NCBI GenBank assembly: GCA_046485285.1
Contig: JAWOHE010000035.1
Span: forward strand, 1 to 26,734
Length of the DNA: 26,734 bases
Origin: a bacterium
Lineage (GTDB): Bacteria; Hydrothermota; Tepidihabitantia; Tepidihabitantales; Tepidihabitantaceae
Reading direction: 5' to 3'
Shown: in pieces, positions 16,163 to 25,757 of the stretch
How positions within the stretch are numbered: position 1 is the stretch's first letter
Layout: every line of letters starts with the position of its first letter
Notes under the pieces: generated by a model
Told to the model about the DNA's origin: nothing
Database searches by the model: none
The model's input: only the letters and a program-made list of their open reading frames with translations
Position numbers and translations under genes: made by a program

Positions 16163-18366
16163 GATTCACTACTGCCGTCGTCGTGCTCGCCGGCACGATT
16201 GCCACGGCCCAGACCTGGCATCAGTTCGGGCCGGACGGGATTTCGATATCCGGGTTGGTCCGGATTCCCGGCATCGCCACTCAGCTCTATGCGACGACCT
16301 CGGGCGTGCCCAGCTATGTGCTCTACTCGTCCGACGGAGGTCACGACTGGATAGTCCGTGACACCATTCGCGACAGGATCGCCGACCTCGCCATCAACCC
16401 TGATCTCGTCCAGACCCTCTACGCGGGCGGCTCTCGCGGCCGGATCTGGCGCTCGCTCGACGGCGGACGAAGCTGGAATGAACGCGGCGCACTCGAGGGC
16501 AGTCCGGAACTCCGCCGGCTGATCCTTCGCCCGGACCAGCCGCAGGTGCTGTGGGCGGCGACTGAAGCGCCCGGCTCTGCCGACTCCGCCGTGATGAGTT
16601 TCTGGGCTTCTCCGGACGGCGGCGCGACCTGGCATCAGACGCCTGTCGCGACCGGCCGGTCAGTCAACGCGGTTCTGCTCAACCTGGCGCCCGGCCGGCC
16701 CGACCGGGTATGGCTGGGCGGCAGCATCGATGGCACGGCAAGTGTCCACGCCAGCGGGGACGGCGGCACGAACTGGCGCGACATGACAGGCGATCTCACC
16801 GGAACCTGCGCGTGGGCCGTCGCGGCAAGCCCGACAGACACTGCCGTGCTGCTCTGCGCCACCGACGACGGGATCTGGCGCACGACCAACAGCGGTGCCA
16901 GCTGGATGCGTATGAAAGACGCGCCGGCCTGGTCCGTCGAGTTCGCGCCTATCTCGCCCCACTACGCCTACGCCGGTTCCGACAACCTTGTCTTCCGCAG
17001 CAACAACCTCGGCATCAACTGGTTCGCCGACACGACAACGCTCTCCGGCACGGCGACTCGATGGCTGCGCGTTCACGATCTCGACGGCCTGGACGTCATC
17101 GCCGCCAACGGTCGCGGCCTGTTCCGAACCACCAACGGCGCGTACAACTGGACCGAGCTCCTGACCGGCACGAGCCGCCTGACGACGAGATTCATCGACT
17201 TCCACCCGACCGCGCCGGAGTCGATCTTCGCCTGTCCTCCCGGACACGGGCTGCTCGTGAGCGGCAACCGCGGCCTGGACTGGAGCCCGCTCGTCGGCTT
17301 CGCCGGTGCCGGGTTCGTGACCGGTATTGCCCTCAACCCGGCTGCGCTCGACACGCTCTACGCGGTGACCGAGGCCGACCATTGGCTTCACATGACCTCG
17401 GACCGGGGCGACTCGTGGATTCGGCAGCCCATCGAGACCGGCTTCTCCGGCCGCGGTCTCCTCTTCCACCCGCTTGGCCCGGACACGCTCTATGCCTGGG
17501 GTGGCGTCACCCTGCCCGGCTCGCCCCGGCGCTTCGGGTTCTGGAAGTCGACCGACCGCGGCTATGGCTGGTCCCGAATCCACAGCCCGGGCCTGAGCGG
17601 CGATTGTCGCGGTTTCCGATTCGCCGCCCGAGGCGAGAGCCTCTTCACCTGGGGAACCGTTGACGGCGAGGCTCGCGTCTACCTCAGCCTCAATCGCGGC
17701 GGCAGCTGGACATCGCGATCGTCGGGTCTCGGCGGGACTTCAGTCCTCGACTTCGAGCCCGCCCCGGGCATCAATCGAACTTCCTACATCTGCGCCACCG
17801 ACGCCGGCGTGTACCGGACCCTCAACGGCGGCGAGAGCTGGACCGACCTTGGACTCGAACAAGTCACGGCGATTCTCCCCGATACTCTCGACCCCGACCT
17901 CATCTTCGCCGCCACCGACACCCAGGGATTATTCCACACGACAAATGCGGGTGTGCTCTGGGAACGAGACACGATCGAGCTCCCGCACCGGTCAATCACC
18001 TTCCTGGTTCGACACCCCGACGACCCCGCCGCGATCTACTGCGGAACCGAGGGGGCCGGATTCTACGGTCGGGAGGTCATCGGCGTTGCCGAACCGGTGC
18101 CCGGGCGAAAGCACCGCGCAGTCGAGATCCTGCCGACAGTCGCTCGCGACGCCCTGGTCGTCAGGCTCGGCGCGGCGGCAGGCGGACGGGCCGTCGTCGA
18201 GTTCTTCACCCCTGACGGCAGGCGCCCGGTACCGGCCGCGGTTCTCGACCCGGCTCCGGCAAGGTGGACATGGCGGCGGCCGGCCGAGCTGGCCGCCGGC
18301 GCGTACCTGGTTCGCGTGCGAGGCGCTGGCGTCGAGCATGTCGCGCGGGTCGTCCTGACCCGCTGA
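16159..18366 (+). CDS. Secreted multi-Asp-box beta-propeller (VPS10/GH74/YCF48-like) with T9SS-type C-terminal domain
   Basis: Signal peptide (ATA-QTW); 13 S/T-x-D/N-x-G-x-x-W-type boxes; tail 'ILPTVAR...FFTPDGRR...LAAGAYLVRV...RVVLTR'; ATGA overlap with rmuC. Confidence 0.85.
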   Translation: MRFTTAVVVLAGTIATAQTWHQFGPDGISISGLVRIPGIATQLYATTSGVPSYVLYSSDGGHDWIVRDTIRDRIADLAINPDLVQTLYAGGSRGRIWRSLDGGRSWNERGALEGSPELRRLILRPDQPQVLWAATEAPGSADSAVMSFWASPDGGATWHQTPVATGRSVNAVLLNLAPGRPDRVWLGGSIDGTASVHASGDGGTNWRDMTGDLTGTCAWAVAASPTDTAVLLCATDDGIWRTTNSGASWMRMKDAPAWSVEFAPISPHYAYAGSDNLVFRSNNLGINWFADTTTLSGTATRWLRVHDLDGLDVIAANGRGLFRTTNGAYNWTELLTGTSRLTTRFIDFHPTAPESIFACPPGHGLLVSGNRGLDWSPLVGFAGAGFVTGIALNPAALDTLYAVTEADHWLHMTSDRGDSWIRQPIETGFSGRGLLFHPLGPDTLYAWGGVTLPGSPRRFGFWKSTDRGYGWSRIHSPGLSGDCRGFRFAARGESLFTWGTVDGEARVYLSLNRGGSWTSRSSGLGGTSVLDFEPAPGINRTSYICATDAGVYRTLNGGESWTDLGLEQVTAILPDTLDPDLIFAATDTQGLFHTTNAGVLWERDTIELPHRSITFLVRHPDDPAAIYCGTEGAGFYGREVIGVAEPVPGRKHRAVEILPTVARDALVVRLGAAAGGRAVVEFFTPDGRRPVPAAVLDPAPARWTWRRPAELAAGAYLVRVRGAGVEHVARVVLTR

Positions 18367-18425
18367 CGCGGCCCGCGCCTCGCGTCGACGCCGGCGCGTA
18401 CGGCGCCGGCCGGGATGCTGTCACC

Positions 18426-18453
18426 TTGACAATCGGCCTCGTCTCGGTATCGT
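18426..18453 (+). promoter_or_regulatory. Promoter for the rpsP operon
   Basis: TTGACA-N16-TATCGT, followed by an AAGGAG RBS. Confidence 0.65.
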
Positions 18454-18480
18454 TTGGACCTGAGCAAAAGGAGATAGTCG

Positions 18481-18918
18481 TTGGTAAAGATACGTTTGAA
18501 GAGAACCGGTATGCGGCACCGTCCGAGCTATCGGATCGTCGTCATGGACTCGCAGCGCCCGCGAGACGGCGAGTACATTGAGTCGCTTGGCCACTACGAC
18601 CCGCGCACCAAAGCGCTTTCGGTGAACCTTGAACGAACGAGCTACTGGCAGTCAGTCGGCGCCCAACCCACCGGCACGGTTGACAAGCTCATCAAGCGTG
18701 CGGTGCGGGACCAGGCCGCCGCTCCGGCAGGCGACCCGCTGGCCTACGTCCCGGCCGGCGAGTCGGCCGAGGTCGCGATCGAGACGGCCGCGATCGCCGA
18801 CCAGCGCCATCCCGCCGGACCGCCGCCTGTCGCGGACGACACCACCGAGTCGAGCACGTCAATTCCCGGCGCCGACACCGGCAGCGAACGCGAGGCAAGC
18901 GACACGACCACGACCTAG
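18481..18918 (+). CDS. rpsP: 30S ribosomal protein S16 with acidic low-complexity C-terminal extension
   Basis: MVKIRLKRTG...PSYRIVV.DS..PRDG.YIE.LG.YDP...W.SVGAQPT.TV; TTG start. Confidence 0.96.
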   Translation: MVKIRLKRTGMRHRPSYRIVVMDSQRPRDGEYIESLGHYDPRTKALSVNLERTSYWQSVGAQPTGTVDKLIKRAVRDQAAAPAGDPLAYVPAGESAEVAIETAAIADQRHPAGPPPVADDTTESSTSIPGADTGSEREASDTTTT

Positions 18919-18937
18919 CCGCCGACAGGAGGACTGA

Positions 18938-19168
18938 ATGAAGGAACTGATTGTCTACATCGCGAAATCCCTCGTCGACCACCCTGAGCAGGTCGAGGTC
19001 ACTGAGATCGCCGGCGAGAAGACGCTCATCTATGAACTGCGCGTCAGCCGGAGTGATCTGGGCAAGATCATCGGCAAGGAGGGCCACACCGCCAAGGCCA
19101 TGCGCTCGATAATCACGGCCGCGGCGATGAAGATCGGCAAGCGGGCTCAGCTCGAGATTCTCGAATAG
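18938..19168 (+). CDS. khpA: KH-domain RNA-binding protein KhpA
   Basis: [19 protein letters not shown]...[16 protein letters not shown]; canonical position after rpsP. Confidence 0.93.
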   Translation: MKELIVYIAKSLVDHPEQVEVTEIAGEKTLIYELRVSRSDLGKIIGKEGHTAKAMRSIITAAAMKIGKRAQLEILE

Positions 19169-19198
19169 CCGGTCCGCACCTGCCCTTGCTCCAGCACG

Positions 19199-19945
19199 AT
19201 GCGCGTACACGTGGTATCGCTCTTCCCGGAGTACTTTTCCGGTCCGTTCGATTGCGGGACGACGCGCATCGCCCGGGAGCGAAGCGCCCTCGCGGTTGAG
19301 TTCGTCAATCCGCGCGACTTCGCGAACGACCCCCACCGAACCGTTGACGACTATCCCTTTGGCGGCGGTGCCGGAATGGTGCTCAAGCCCGAGCCGCTGT
19401 TCGCGGCCGTGGAGTCGGTCCTCTCGCCGGCGAGCCGGGTCGTGCTCCTGTCGCCCAGGGGGCGCGGCTACAATCAGGCGCTCGCCCGCGAGTTCAGCCG
19501 GCTCGAACACCTGGTGCTCATCTGCGGGCGCTACAAAGACGTCGACGCGCGGGTCCGCACCTCCCTCTGCAACGACGAGGTCTCGGTCGGTGACTACGTT
19601 CTCGCGGGTGGCGAGGCGGCCGCGATCATCGTCGTCGAAAGCATAGCCCGGCTGTTGCCCGGCGTCGTTGGCGACGTCGAGTCGGTCGACACGGACAGCT
19701 TCGAAAACCGCCTGCTCGACGCGCCCTGGTTCACCCGCCCCCGCCGGTTCCGGGACCTCGACGTCCCGGAGGTGCTTGTCACCGGCGACCACGCTGCCGT
19801 CGCACGCTGGCGTCGCGAGCAGTCGCTACTCGAGACCGCCCGGCACCGCCCTGACCTGCTCGGTGACGAAACCCTCTCCGAGCCCGACCGGACGTTCCTG
19901 ATATCCCACCTGACAAAGGAGATGCTCAATGGCCAAGCCAGTTAA
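19199..19945 (+). CDS. trmD: tRNA (guanine37-N1)-methyltransferase
   Basis: [49 protein letters not shown]. Confidence 0.95.
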   Translation: MRVHVVSLFPEYFSGPFDCGTTRIARERSALAVEFVNPRDFANDPHRTVDDYPFGGGAGMVLKPEPLFAAVESVLSPASRVVLLSPRGRGYNQALAREFSRLEHLVLICGRYKDVDARVRTSLCNDEVSVGDYVLAGGEAAAIIVVESIARLLPGVVGDVESVDTDSFENRLLDAPWFTRPRRFRDLDVPEVLVTGDHAAVARWRREQSLLETARHRPDLLGDETLSEPDRTFLISHLTKEMLNGQAS

Positions 19946-20327
19946 GAAGAAGCAGGCACAGCAGCAGGAGGTCGCGCCCCTTGTCGCCCCCGAGATTCCG
20001 CCGCTTGAGCCCGGCGACCAGGTTGCCGTCAGCCTGCGGATTGTCGAGGGCGAGAAGTCGCGGACCCAGGTCTTCGAGGGCACCGTCATTGCGCTCCGGG
20101 GTGCCGGTCCGAACCGCTCGTTCACGGTGCGCAAGGTCAGCCGGGGCGTGGGGATCGAGCGCATCTTCCCCTATCGCTCGCCGGTCGTTCTCAAGGTCGA
20201 AGTCAAGCGTCACTCGAAGGTCCGCCGCGCCAAGCTCTACTACCTGCGCGGACTGCACGGCCGGGCGGCCCAGCTCAAAGAGCGCAAGGTTGACACTCAG
20301 CCTCGACCGAAGCCTGTGGAATCGTAA
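19929..20327 (+). CDS. rplS: 50S ribosomal protein L19
   Basis: PGDQVAV...[18 protein letters not shown]...[17 protein letters not shown]...[11 protein letters not shown]. Confidence 0.96.
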   Translation: MAKPVKKKQAQQQEVAPLVAPEIPPLEPGDQVAVSLRIVEGEKSRTQVFEGTVIALRGAGPNRSFTVRKVSRGVGIERIFPYRSPVVLKVEVKRHSKVRRAKLYYLRGLHGRAAQLKERKVDTQPRPKPVES

Positions 20328-20892
20328 CGTCGCCTTCTGCGGAGTCGACGAGGCCGGCAGGGGCGCGCTGGCCGGCCCGGTTCTCGCGGCGGCAGTCATC
20401 ATGCCGCCCGGCGAGTTGGTCGACGGCGTGAACGACTCGAAGCTCGTCTCCGCGCGCAAGCGTCGCCTGCTCGCGCCCATTATCGAAAGCCTCGCCGCGG
20501 CCTGGGCGGTCGCTGCCGTCCCGCCGGCGGTGATTGACGAAATCAACATTCTCGAGGCAACCCGGACGGCGATGCTTGCCGCCATTGGCAAGCTCGCCGT
20601 CGCGCCCCGACTGGCCCTTGTCGATGGTCCCCCGCTGCCCGGTTCGCCGGTGCCCTGCCGCGGCATCATCGGCGGCGACCGCCTCAGCTACTCGATCGCC
20701 TGTGCGTCAATACTCGCCAAGGTCCACCGCGACCGGTTGATGGCCCGGCTCGCGTTGCGACACCCGGCCTACGGCTTCTCCGCCCACAAGGGGTACGGGA
20801 CTCCCGCGCACATCTCGGCACTGGCCGCACACGGCCCCTGCGCCGCCCACCGGCGGAGCTTCGCGCCGGTCGCCTCGGCCCCCGCGGTATGA
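20290..20892 (+). CDS. rnhB: Ribonuclease HII
   Basis: [51 protein letters not shown]; probable TTG start at 20290, overlapping the rplS 3' end. Confidence 0.94.
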   Translation: MTLSLDRSLWNRNVAFCGVDEAGRGALAGPVLAAAVIMPPGELVDGVNDSKLVSARKRRLLAPIIESLAAAWAVAAVPPAVIDEINILEATRTAMLAAIGKLAVAPRLALVDGPPLPGSPVPCRGIIGGDRLSYSIACASILAKVHRDRLMARLALRHPAYGFSAHKGYGTPAHISALAAHGPCAAHRRSFAPVASAPAV

Positions 20893-21239
20893 GCAGGTCC
20901 GAGGTCGGCCGGGAGGGCGAACGCCTGGCGCGCGCACACCTGCGGCGTCGCGGCTGCCGCATTCTCGACTGCAACTACCGCTCGCGCCTCGGCGAGGTCG
21001 ACATCGTCTGCCTCAGCCGTGGGACAATCGTCTTCGTCGAGGTCAAGACCCGGACGACCGACCTGTTCGGGACCCCGGCCGAGGCGGTCGGCCCCCGCAA
21101 GCAGGCCCGGCTCCGGGCGCTGGCGCAGGAGTACCTGTCCGCGCGCGGTCTTGCCCCGGTCGACGTCCGGTTCGACGTGCTCGCGGTCATGCTGCATGAC
21201 GGCAAGCCGTCAATCGAGCACATCGAGGCGGCATTCTGA
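20889..21239 (+). CDS. yraN: YraN family (UPF0102) PD-(D/E)XK nuclease
   Basis: [40 protein letters not shown]. Confidence 0.93.
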   Translation: MSRSEVGREGERLARAHLRRRGCRILDCNYRSRLGEVDIVCLSRGTIVFVEVKTRTTDLFGTPAEAVGPRKQARLRALAQEYLSARGLAPVDVRFDVLAVMLHDGKPSIEHIEAAF

Positions 21240-22780
21240 TGCTGTCCCGGATCACCTCGACTGCGGTCTTCGGGGTCGAGGCGTTCCTCGTCTCGGTTGA
21301 AACCGACATCTCGCCCGGGATACCGCTCTTCACGATTGTCGGGCTCCCGGACGCCGCGGTCAAGGAATCCCAGCACCGGGTTCAGGCCGCAATCAAGAAC
21401 TCCGGCCTCAGCTTCCCCAATCGGCGGATCACGGTCAACCTCGCGCCCGCCGACGTCAAGAAGGAAGGCGCGGCCTTCGACCTCCCGGTCGCGGCCGGCA
21501 TCGTCTCGGCGTTCGGCGGCCTGCCGCCGGCCCGGTGCCGGGACTGGGTACTCCTCGGCGAGCTATCGCTCGACGGCAGCCTGCGGCCGATCCGGGGTGC
21601 CGTCTCGATGGCGCTTGCGGCGCGGGATGCCGGGCTGCGCGGGCTCGTACTGCCCGCCGCCAACGCCGCCGAGGCCGCGATGGTCACCGGCCTGCCGGTC
21701 TACGGCGTGAAGACCCTCACCGAGACGATCCGCTTCCTCGCCGGCGAACTCGCCCTCGAACCGACCCGGGTCGACGTCGCGGCCGTCTTCGCGCGGGCCG
21801 GCACCCACGAGGTCGACCTCGCCGAGGTCCACGGCCACGACCACGCCAAGCGCGCGCTTGAAGTCGCCGCGGCCGGCGGGCACAACCTGCTGATGATCGG
21901 GCCGCCCGGCTCGGGCAAGACGATGCTCGCCCGCCGGCTGGCGACGGTACTGCCGCCGCTGTCGCTCGACGAGGCGCTCGAGGCGACCCGCATCCACTCG
22001 GTCGCCGGCACACTCGGCCCGGACCAGCCGCTCGTTGCCACCCGCCCCTTCCGCTCGCCCCACCACAACATCTCGGAAGCCGGGATGATCGGCGGCGGGG
22101 CGTTTCCCCGGCCGGGCGAGGTTTCGCTGGCCCACAACGGCGTGCTCTTCCTCGACGAGCTCCCCGAGTTCCGGCGCGACGTCCTCGAGGGCCTGCGCCA
22201 GCCGCTCGAGGACGGCCACGTCACCATCGGCCGCGCCCGCACGACCCTGACCTTCCCGGCCCGGTTCATGCTCGTCTGCGCGATGAATCCCTGCCCGTGT
22301 GGGTTCCTCGGCGACCCCCGTCACGCCTGCACCTGCTCGACCCGCGCCATCAGGCGCTACCGCGCCCGGATCTCCGGCCCGCTGCTCGACCGCATCGACA
22401 TTCACGTCGAGGTACCGGCGCTCAAGTACGACGAACTCACCCCGCGCCGGCCGGGCGAGAGCTCGGAGGCCTGCTCGCGGCGGGTAACTGCGGCGCGCGG
22501 CGTCCAGCACGAGCGTTTCAGCGTCCTGCGGCGACGCCAGCCGGTGTACTCCAACGCCCAGATGTCGGCCCGTGACATCCGCCAGTTCTGCGCGGTGGCG
22601 GCCGCCGGAAGCGACTTCCTGCGTGCCGCGGTCGAACGCCTCGGCCTGTCGGCGCGGGCACTTCACCGCGTTCTCAAGGTCGCCCGCACCATCGCCGACC
22701 TCGAAGGCTCGGCCGGGGTCGAGACCGCGCACGTCACCGAGGCGGTCCAGTACCGGAGCCTCGACCGGACCGTCTGGTAG
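21239..22780 (+). CDS. comM: YifB/ComM family Mg-chelatase-like AAA+ ATPase
   Basis: [29 protein letters not shown], Walker [54 protein letters not shown]. Confidence 0.94.
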   Translation: MLSRITSTAVFGVEAFLVSVETDISPGIPLFTIVGLPDAAVKESQHRVQAAIKNSGLSFPNRRITVNLAPADVKKEGAAFDLPVAAGIVSAFGGLPPARCRDWVLLGELSLDGSLRPIRGAVSMALAARDAGLRGLVLPAANAAEAAMVTGLPVYGVKTLTETIRFLAGELALEPTRVDVAAVFARAGTHEVDLAEVHGHDHAKRALEVAAAGGHNLLMIGPPGSGKTMLARRLATVLPPLSLDEALEATRIHSVAGTLGPDQPLVATRPFRSPHHNISEAGMIGGGAFPRPGEVSLAHNGVLFLDELPEFRRDVLEGLRQPLEDGHVTIGRARTTLTFPARFMLVCAMNPCPCGFLGDPRHACTCSTRAIRRYRARISGPLLDRIDIHVEVPALKYDELTPRRPGESSEACSRRVTAARGVQHERFSVLRRRQPVYSNAQMSARDIRQFCAVAAAGSDFLRAAVERLGLSARALHRVLKVARTIADLEGSAGVETAHVTEAVQYRSLDRTVW

Positions 22781-22783
22781 CAG

Positions 22784-23242
22784 CTAGCCCCGGCCGGCCG
22801 CCCAGTCCCGCACCAGCTCGACCAGCCCGGGCAGGGCCGCGGCGACCGGCCCGGACAGCCGTTCGGCAAGCTCGAGCGAAGCGGGCTGGATGCCGAGGAA
22901 ATCGATCCTGACCTCGAGCTCCATCTCAAGCATCGTCACGGTCAGCGACAGCGGCAGGGTGTGCGTCGACACCGAGCCGCCGGCCAGCCGCTCGAGCTCG
23001 GCGCGGCCGCACAGCCGATGCTCGCCCGGCTCGCCTCCGAAGTCGCAGGCATCGATGATGAGCAACGCGTTCGGCCGGAACCGGGTCAGCGGCCCGAGGT
23101 AGTTCTCCGGCGACAGCCCGGCGTCGAGCACGAGCAGTCCGGGCGCGGACTCCAGTTGGTCGGCAATCAGCGGGCCGACCGCATCGTCGCCCCGCTGGCG
23201 GTTGCCGACCGCCAGCACCGCGCGCCGCGTCAGCGCGTCCAC
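22784..23242 (-). CDS. Hydrogenase maturation protease (HycI-like, peptidase A31)
   Basis: VGNRQRGDDAVG, DAG..PEN, IIDAC, STHTLPL, LGIQP motifs; probable GTG start at 23242. Confidence 0.88.
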   Translation of the reverse strand: MDALTRRAVLAVGNRQRGDDAVGPLIADQLESAPGLLVLDAGLSPENYLGPLTRFRPNALLIIDACDFGGEPGEHRLCGRAELERLAGGSVSTHTLPLSLTVTMLEMELEVRIDFLGIQPASLELAERLSGPVAAALPGLVELVRDWAAGRG

Positions 23243-24231
23243 CGGCGCCGGTAACGCCTCGCCTCGGCGACGTAGCTGGCCAGCCACGGCGTCTCGCGTT
23301 CGTATCGTTCCCAGGCGACTATCTGCCCGGCGCAGTGGAGCGCGCTGTCGCGCCTGGCCAGCCCGTCCCAGGCCTTCATCGCCACGAGCCGGTTCTCGGC
23401 CAGCCCGTAGCGGTTCCGGGGGAAGTCGCGCCTGATGCTCGAGTCGATCACCTGCACGAGCGCCAGGGCCTCCCGGTACTGGCCGGCCGAGAGATGGCTG
23501 TCACGCAACAGCTTGAGGCCGGTCCGGTTGCCCGGGTGCGCCGCCAGCACCTCCCGGCAGGTCGCGACTGCGGCCGCGGGGTCGCCCTCGTCGCGCTGGA
23601 TGTAGGCCAGGACGAAGGCACGGGCGTTCCCGAGCCAGCCCGGTCCGGCGCGGGCGCGCGCGATGTAGTGATGGGCCTTCGACCGCGAGCCGAAGATGCC
23701 GATGCCGCCGACGTAGCGGTCCGCGACCGAGCGGAAGTACTCGACCGCTCCCATCCCGAACCACGCGTCGTGCAGGCCGGGGTCGAGCCCGACGGCGCGG
23801 GACAGCGACCTCGACGACGAGCCGAGTGCCAGGAACGCCCGCAGGTAGTCGCGCTGCCAGCCCAGGGTGTTCGCGCGATTGAGTCGGATGAGCCCCTCGA
23901 ACATGTGGGCGTGGGCGTCGTCCGGGCACTGCCGGAGCCGGGCGCGGCAGACCTCGACCGCCCGTTCGCTCGTACGGTAGAAGGAGTCAACCAGCGCCGG
24001 GTCGCCGGAATCGTAGAGCAGCATCTGGACCAGCGCCGCCCGCCAGAACGCGACCAGCGGCGCGAGGCTGTCCGCGGCCGGCACCCGATGAATGACCTGC
24101 CACGCGCTGTCATACTGCTGGTCGTAGCCCAGCGCCACCGCGCGCCGCACCTCCTCGGCCACGCCGGCCCGGGCAGCGGCTCCGAGCGCGACGACCGCGA
24201 GCGCGACGCTAGGCCAGCGCGACCAGCTCAA
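23230..24231 (-). CDS. Exported TPR-like alpha-helical repeat protein
   Basis: Signal-like N-terminus; TPR-like units 'PDDAHAHMFEG', 'AVGLDPGLHDAWFGMG', 'LAAHPGN'; overlaps both neighbours. Confidence 0.75.
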   Translation of the reverse strand: MSWSRWPSVALAVVALGAAARAGVAEEVRRAVALGYDQQYDSAWQVIHRVPAADSLAPLVAFWRAALVQMLLYDSGDPALVDSFYRTSERAVEVCRARLRQCPDDAHAHMFEGLIRLNRANTLGWQRDYLRAFLALGSSSRSLSRAVGLDPGLHDAWFGMGAVEYFRSVADRYVGGIGIFGSRSKAHHYIARARAGPGWLGNARAFVLAYIQRDEGDPAAAVATCREVLAAHPGNRTGLKLLRDSHLSAGQYREALALVQVIDSSIRRDFPRNRYGLAENRLVAMKAWDGLARRDSALHCAGQIVAWERYERETPWLASYVAEARRYRRRWTR

Positions 24232-24589
24232 TCTCGACCCGGGCGCCCTTCGGCAGGCCGGCGACGGCTACGCACGACCGGGCCGGAAAAGGCTCCTTGA
24301 ACCAGCGGGCATAGACCTCGTTGACCGCGCCGAAATCGGCCATGTCGGTCAGGAAGACCAGCACCTTGACCGCCCGGTCCAGGCTCGTGCCGGCCGCCTC
24401 CAGCACCGCCGCGAGGTTGCGGAACACCATCTCCGCCTCGGCCTTCACGTCGCCCGCCGCCATCTGCCCGGTCGCCGGGTCGAGCGGGATCTGCCCCGAA
24501 GTGAACACGAACCCGCCTGCCTTGACTGCCTGACTGTAGGGACCGACCGGCGCCGGCGCCCTGTCGGTGCGGACCGCTTCGCTTTTCAT
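24209..24589 (-). CDS. ridA: RidA/YjgF/UK114 family enamine deaminase
   Basis: APAPVGPYSQAV, FTSGQIPLDP, DF.AVNEVY, PARSCVAV.GLPKGARVEIE; ATGA overlap with ptb. Confidence 0.94.
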   Translation of the reverse strand: MKSEAVRTDRAPAPVGPYSQAVKAGGFVFTSGQIPLDPATGQMAAGDVKAEAEMVFRNLAAVLEAAGTSLDRAVKVLVFLTDMADFGAVNEVYARWFKEPFPARSCVAVAGLPKGARVEIELVALA

Positions 24590-25503
24590 CGCCATGATAC
24601 GAGATTCCCCATTGCCATTGAGTATAGCTTCGTTTCGGAAGTGTCGGCCCGCGATAGCATTACGACCGGCTTCCTCGCGCCGACCACCAGGCCGCAGGCC
24701 TTCGCCCCACCCAGGTACTGCAGGCCCTTTGCCAGCACGTTGCCGGTCGCCATCGACGGCACGACCAGGATATCGACGTCGCCCGCGACCACGCTCGCCA
24801 CCCGCTTGACCCTGGCGGCCTCGGCCGACAGCGCGACGTCGACCGCCAGCGGGCCCTCGATTACCGCCTCGCCGAACTCGCCCTGCTCGCCCATCCGGGT
24901 GATTATCGCCCAGTCCAGCGTCTCGGCGATGTTCAGCTTGATCCTCTCGACCGCCGACAGGAGCGCCACCTTCGGCCGCGAGTTGCCCAGGAAGCGGGAC
25001 AGCTCGACCGCATTGCGGACGATGTCGATCTTCCGCTTCAGGTCGAGCTCGGCGTTTATCCCGCCGTCGGTGATTGCCAGCGCCTTGTGGTAGCTCGGCA
25101 GCTCGAGGTAGGCGACGTGGCTCAGGATCCGGTCGCCGCGCAGGCCCGACTCCTCGGCCAGGACCCCTTTCAGGAACACCGCCGAGTCGACCTGGCCCTT
25201 CATCAGGAAGTCGCCATTGGCTGCGACGTCGCGCACCGCCGACTCCACCGCCGCGGCCGGGTCGGACACGTCGCGAACATCGAACCGGCCCGGGTCCACC
25301 TTCAGGCTCGCGCAGATGGTCCGGATGCGCTCCCCGTCGCCGTACAGCGCGCCGCCGGCTATGCCCTCGCGCTCGGCCTCGGCCAGCGCCTCGATCGTCG
25401 CGCAGTCCTCGCCGCAGGCGACCACGCAGCGCCGCCGGCCCCGCTCGCGCGCCAGCGCCAGCATCCCGGCGAAGGTCCCGCCCGGTCCGAGGTCGATTGC
25501 CAC
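24586..25503 (-). CDS. ptb: Phosphate butyryltransferase / phosphate acyltransferase (PTA/PTB family)
   Basis: LMKGQV.S..FLKGVL, GLRG.RILSHV, ITDGGIN, PKVALLSAVE, EGPLAVDVA, GDVDILVVP...GNVLAK, PVVMLSRAD. Confidence 0.88.
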   Translation of the reverse strand: MAIDLGPGGTFAGMLALARERGRRRCVVACGEDCATIEALAEAEREGIAGGALYGDGERIRTICASLKVDPGRFDVRDVSDPAAAVESAVRDVAANGDFLMKGQVDSAVFLKGVLAEESGLRGDRILSHVAYLELPSYHKALAITDGGINAELDLKRKIDIVRNAVELSRFLGNSRPKVALLSAVERIKLNIAETLDWAIITRMGEQGEFGEAVIEGPLAVDVALSAEAARVKRVASVVAGDVDILVVPSMATGNVLAKGLQYLGGAKACGLVVGARKPVVMLSRADTSETKLYSMAMGNLVSWR

Positions 25504-25613
25504 GCTCCGGCTACGCTCCGGCGGGCGCGGACGGGTTCGGGCCTGTGGTGCGGTTCACACTGCCATCAGCTTGCCGCTCGCGGCCCGGAAGTCAAGCCGG
25601 CCTGTGCGGGCCG

Positions 25614-25641
25614 TGGTTCAGGGTTCACAGTTCAAGGTTCA
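25614..25641 (+). repeat. Heptamer tandem repeat (NNGTTCA) x4
   Basis: TGGTTCA GGGTTCA CAGTTCA AGGTTCA. Confidence 0.75.
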
Positions 25642-25702
25642 ATGTTGGGAACTGCGCCCTGTCCTCGTGCCTTCGTGTCTGGTTCCTCTCCCCTCCCCGC
25701 CC

Positions 25703-25757
25703 GTCATTTCGACCGAAGTGGAGAAATCCCTCTCCGCTGCCTGTCATTTCGACCGAA
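25703..25757 (+). repeat. REP-like element plus a partial direct copy
   Basis: GTCATTTCGACCGAA at 25703-25717 and 25743-25757; the first copy continues GTGGAGAAATC, giving imperfect dyad symmetry (ATTTC...GAAAT). Confidence 0.7.

Noticed and set aside
6773-18366. Impression of slightly lower GC3 than the flanks (possible acquired island)
   Set aside because: Not quantifiable by eye; the region holds housekeeping genes (nfo, rmuC, queD) and has no integrase, tRNA or att repeats.
18390-18410. GCCGGCGC-N5-GCGCCGGC hairpin after the propeller gene
   Set aside because: May be a terminator, but it has no U-tract and such GC stems arise easily by chance here.
19981-20289. Apparent 100-aa N-terminal extension of RNase HII
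   Set aside because: It overlaps rplS in another frame; the TTG at 20290 gives a normal-length RNase HII.
25703-25757. Possible mini-CRISPR (two 15-nt direct repeats with a 25-nt spacer)
   Set aside because: Only two short copies, no cas genes, and the sequence looks REP-like.
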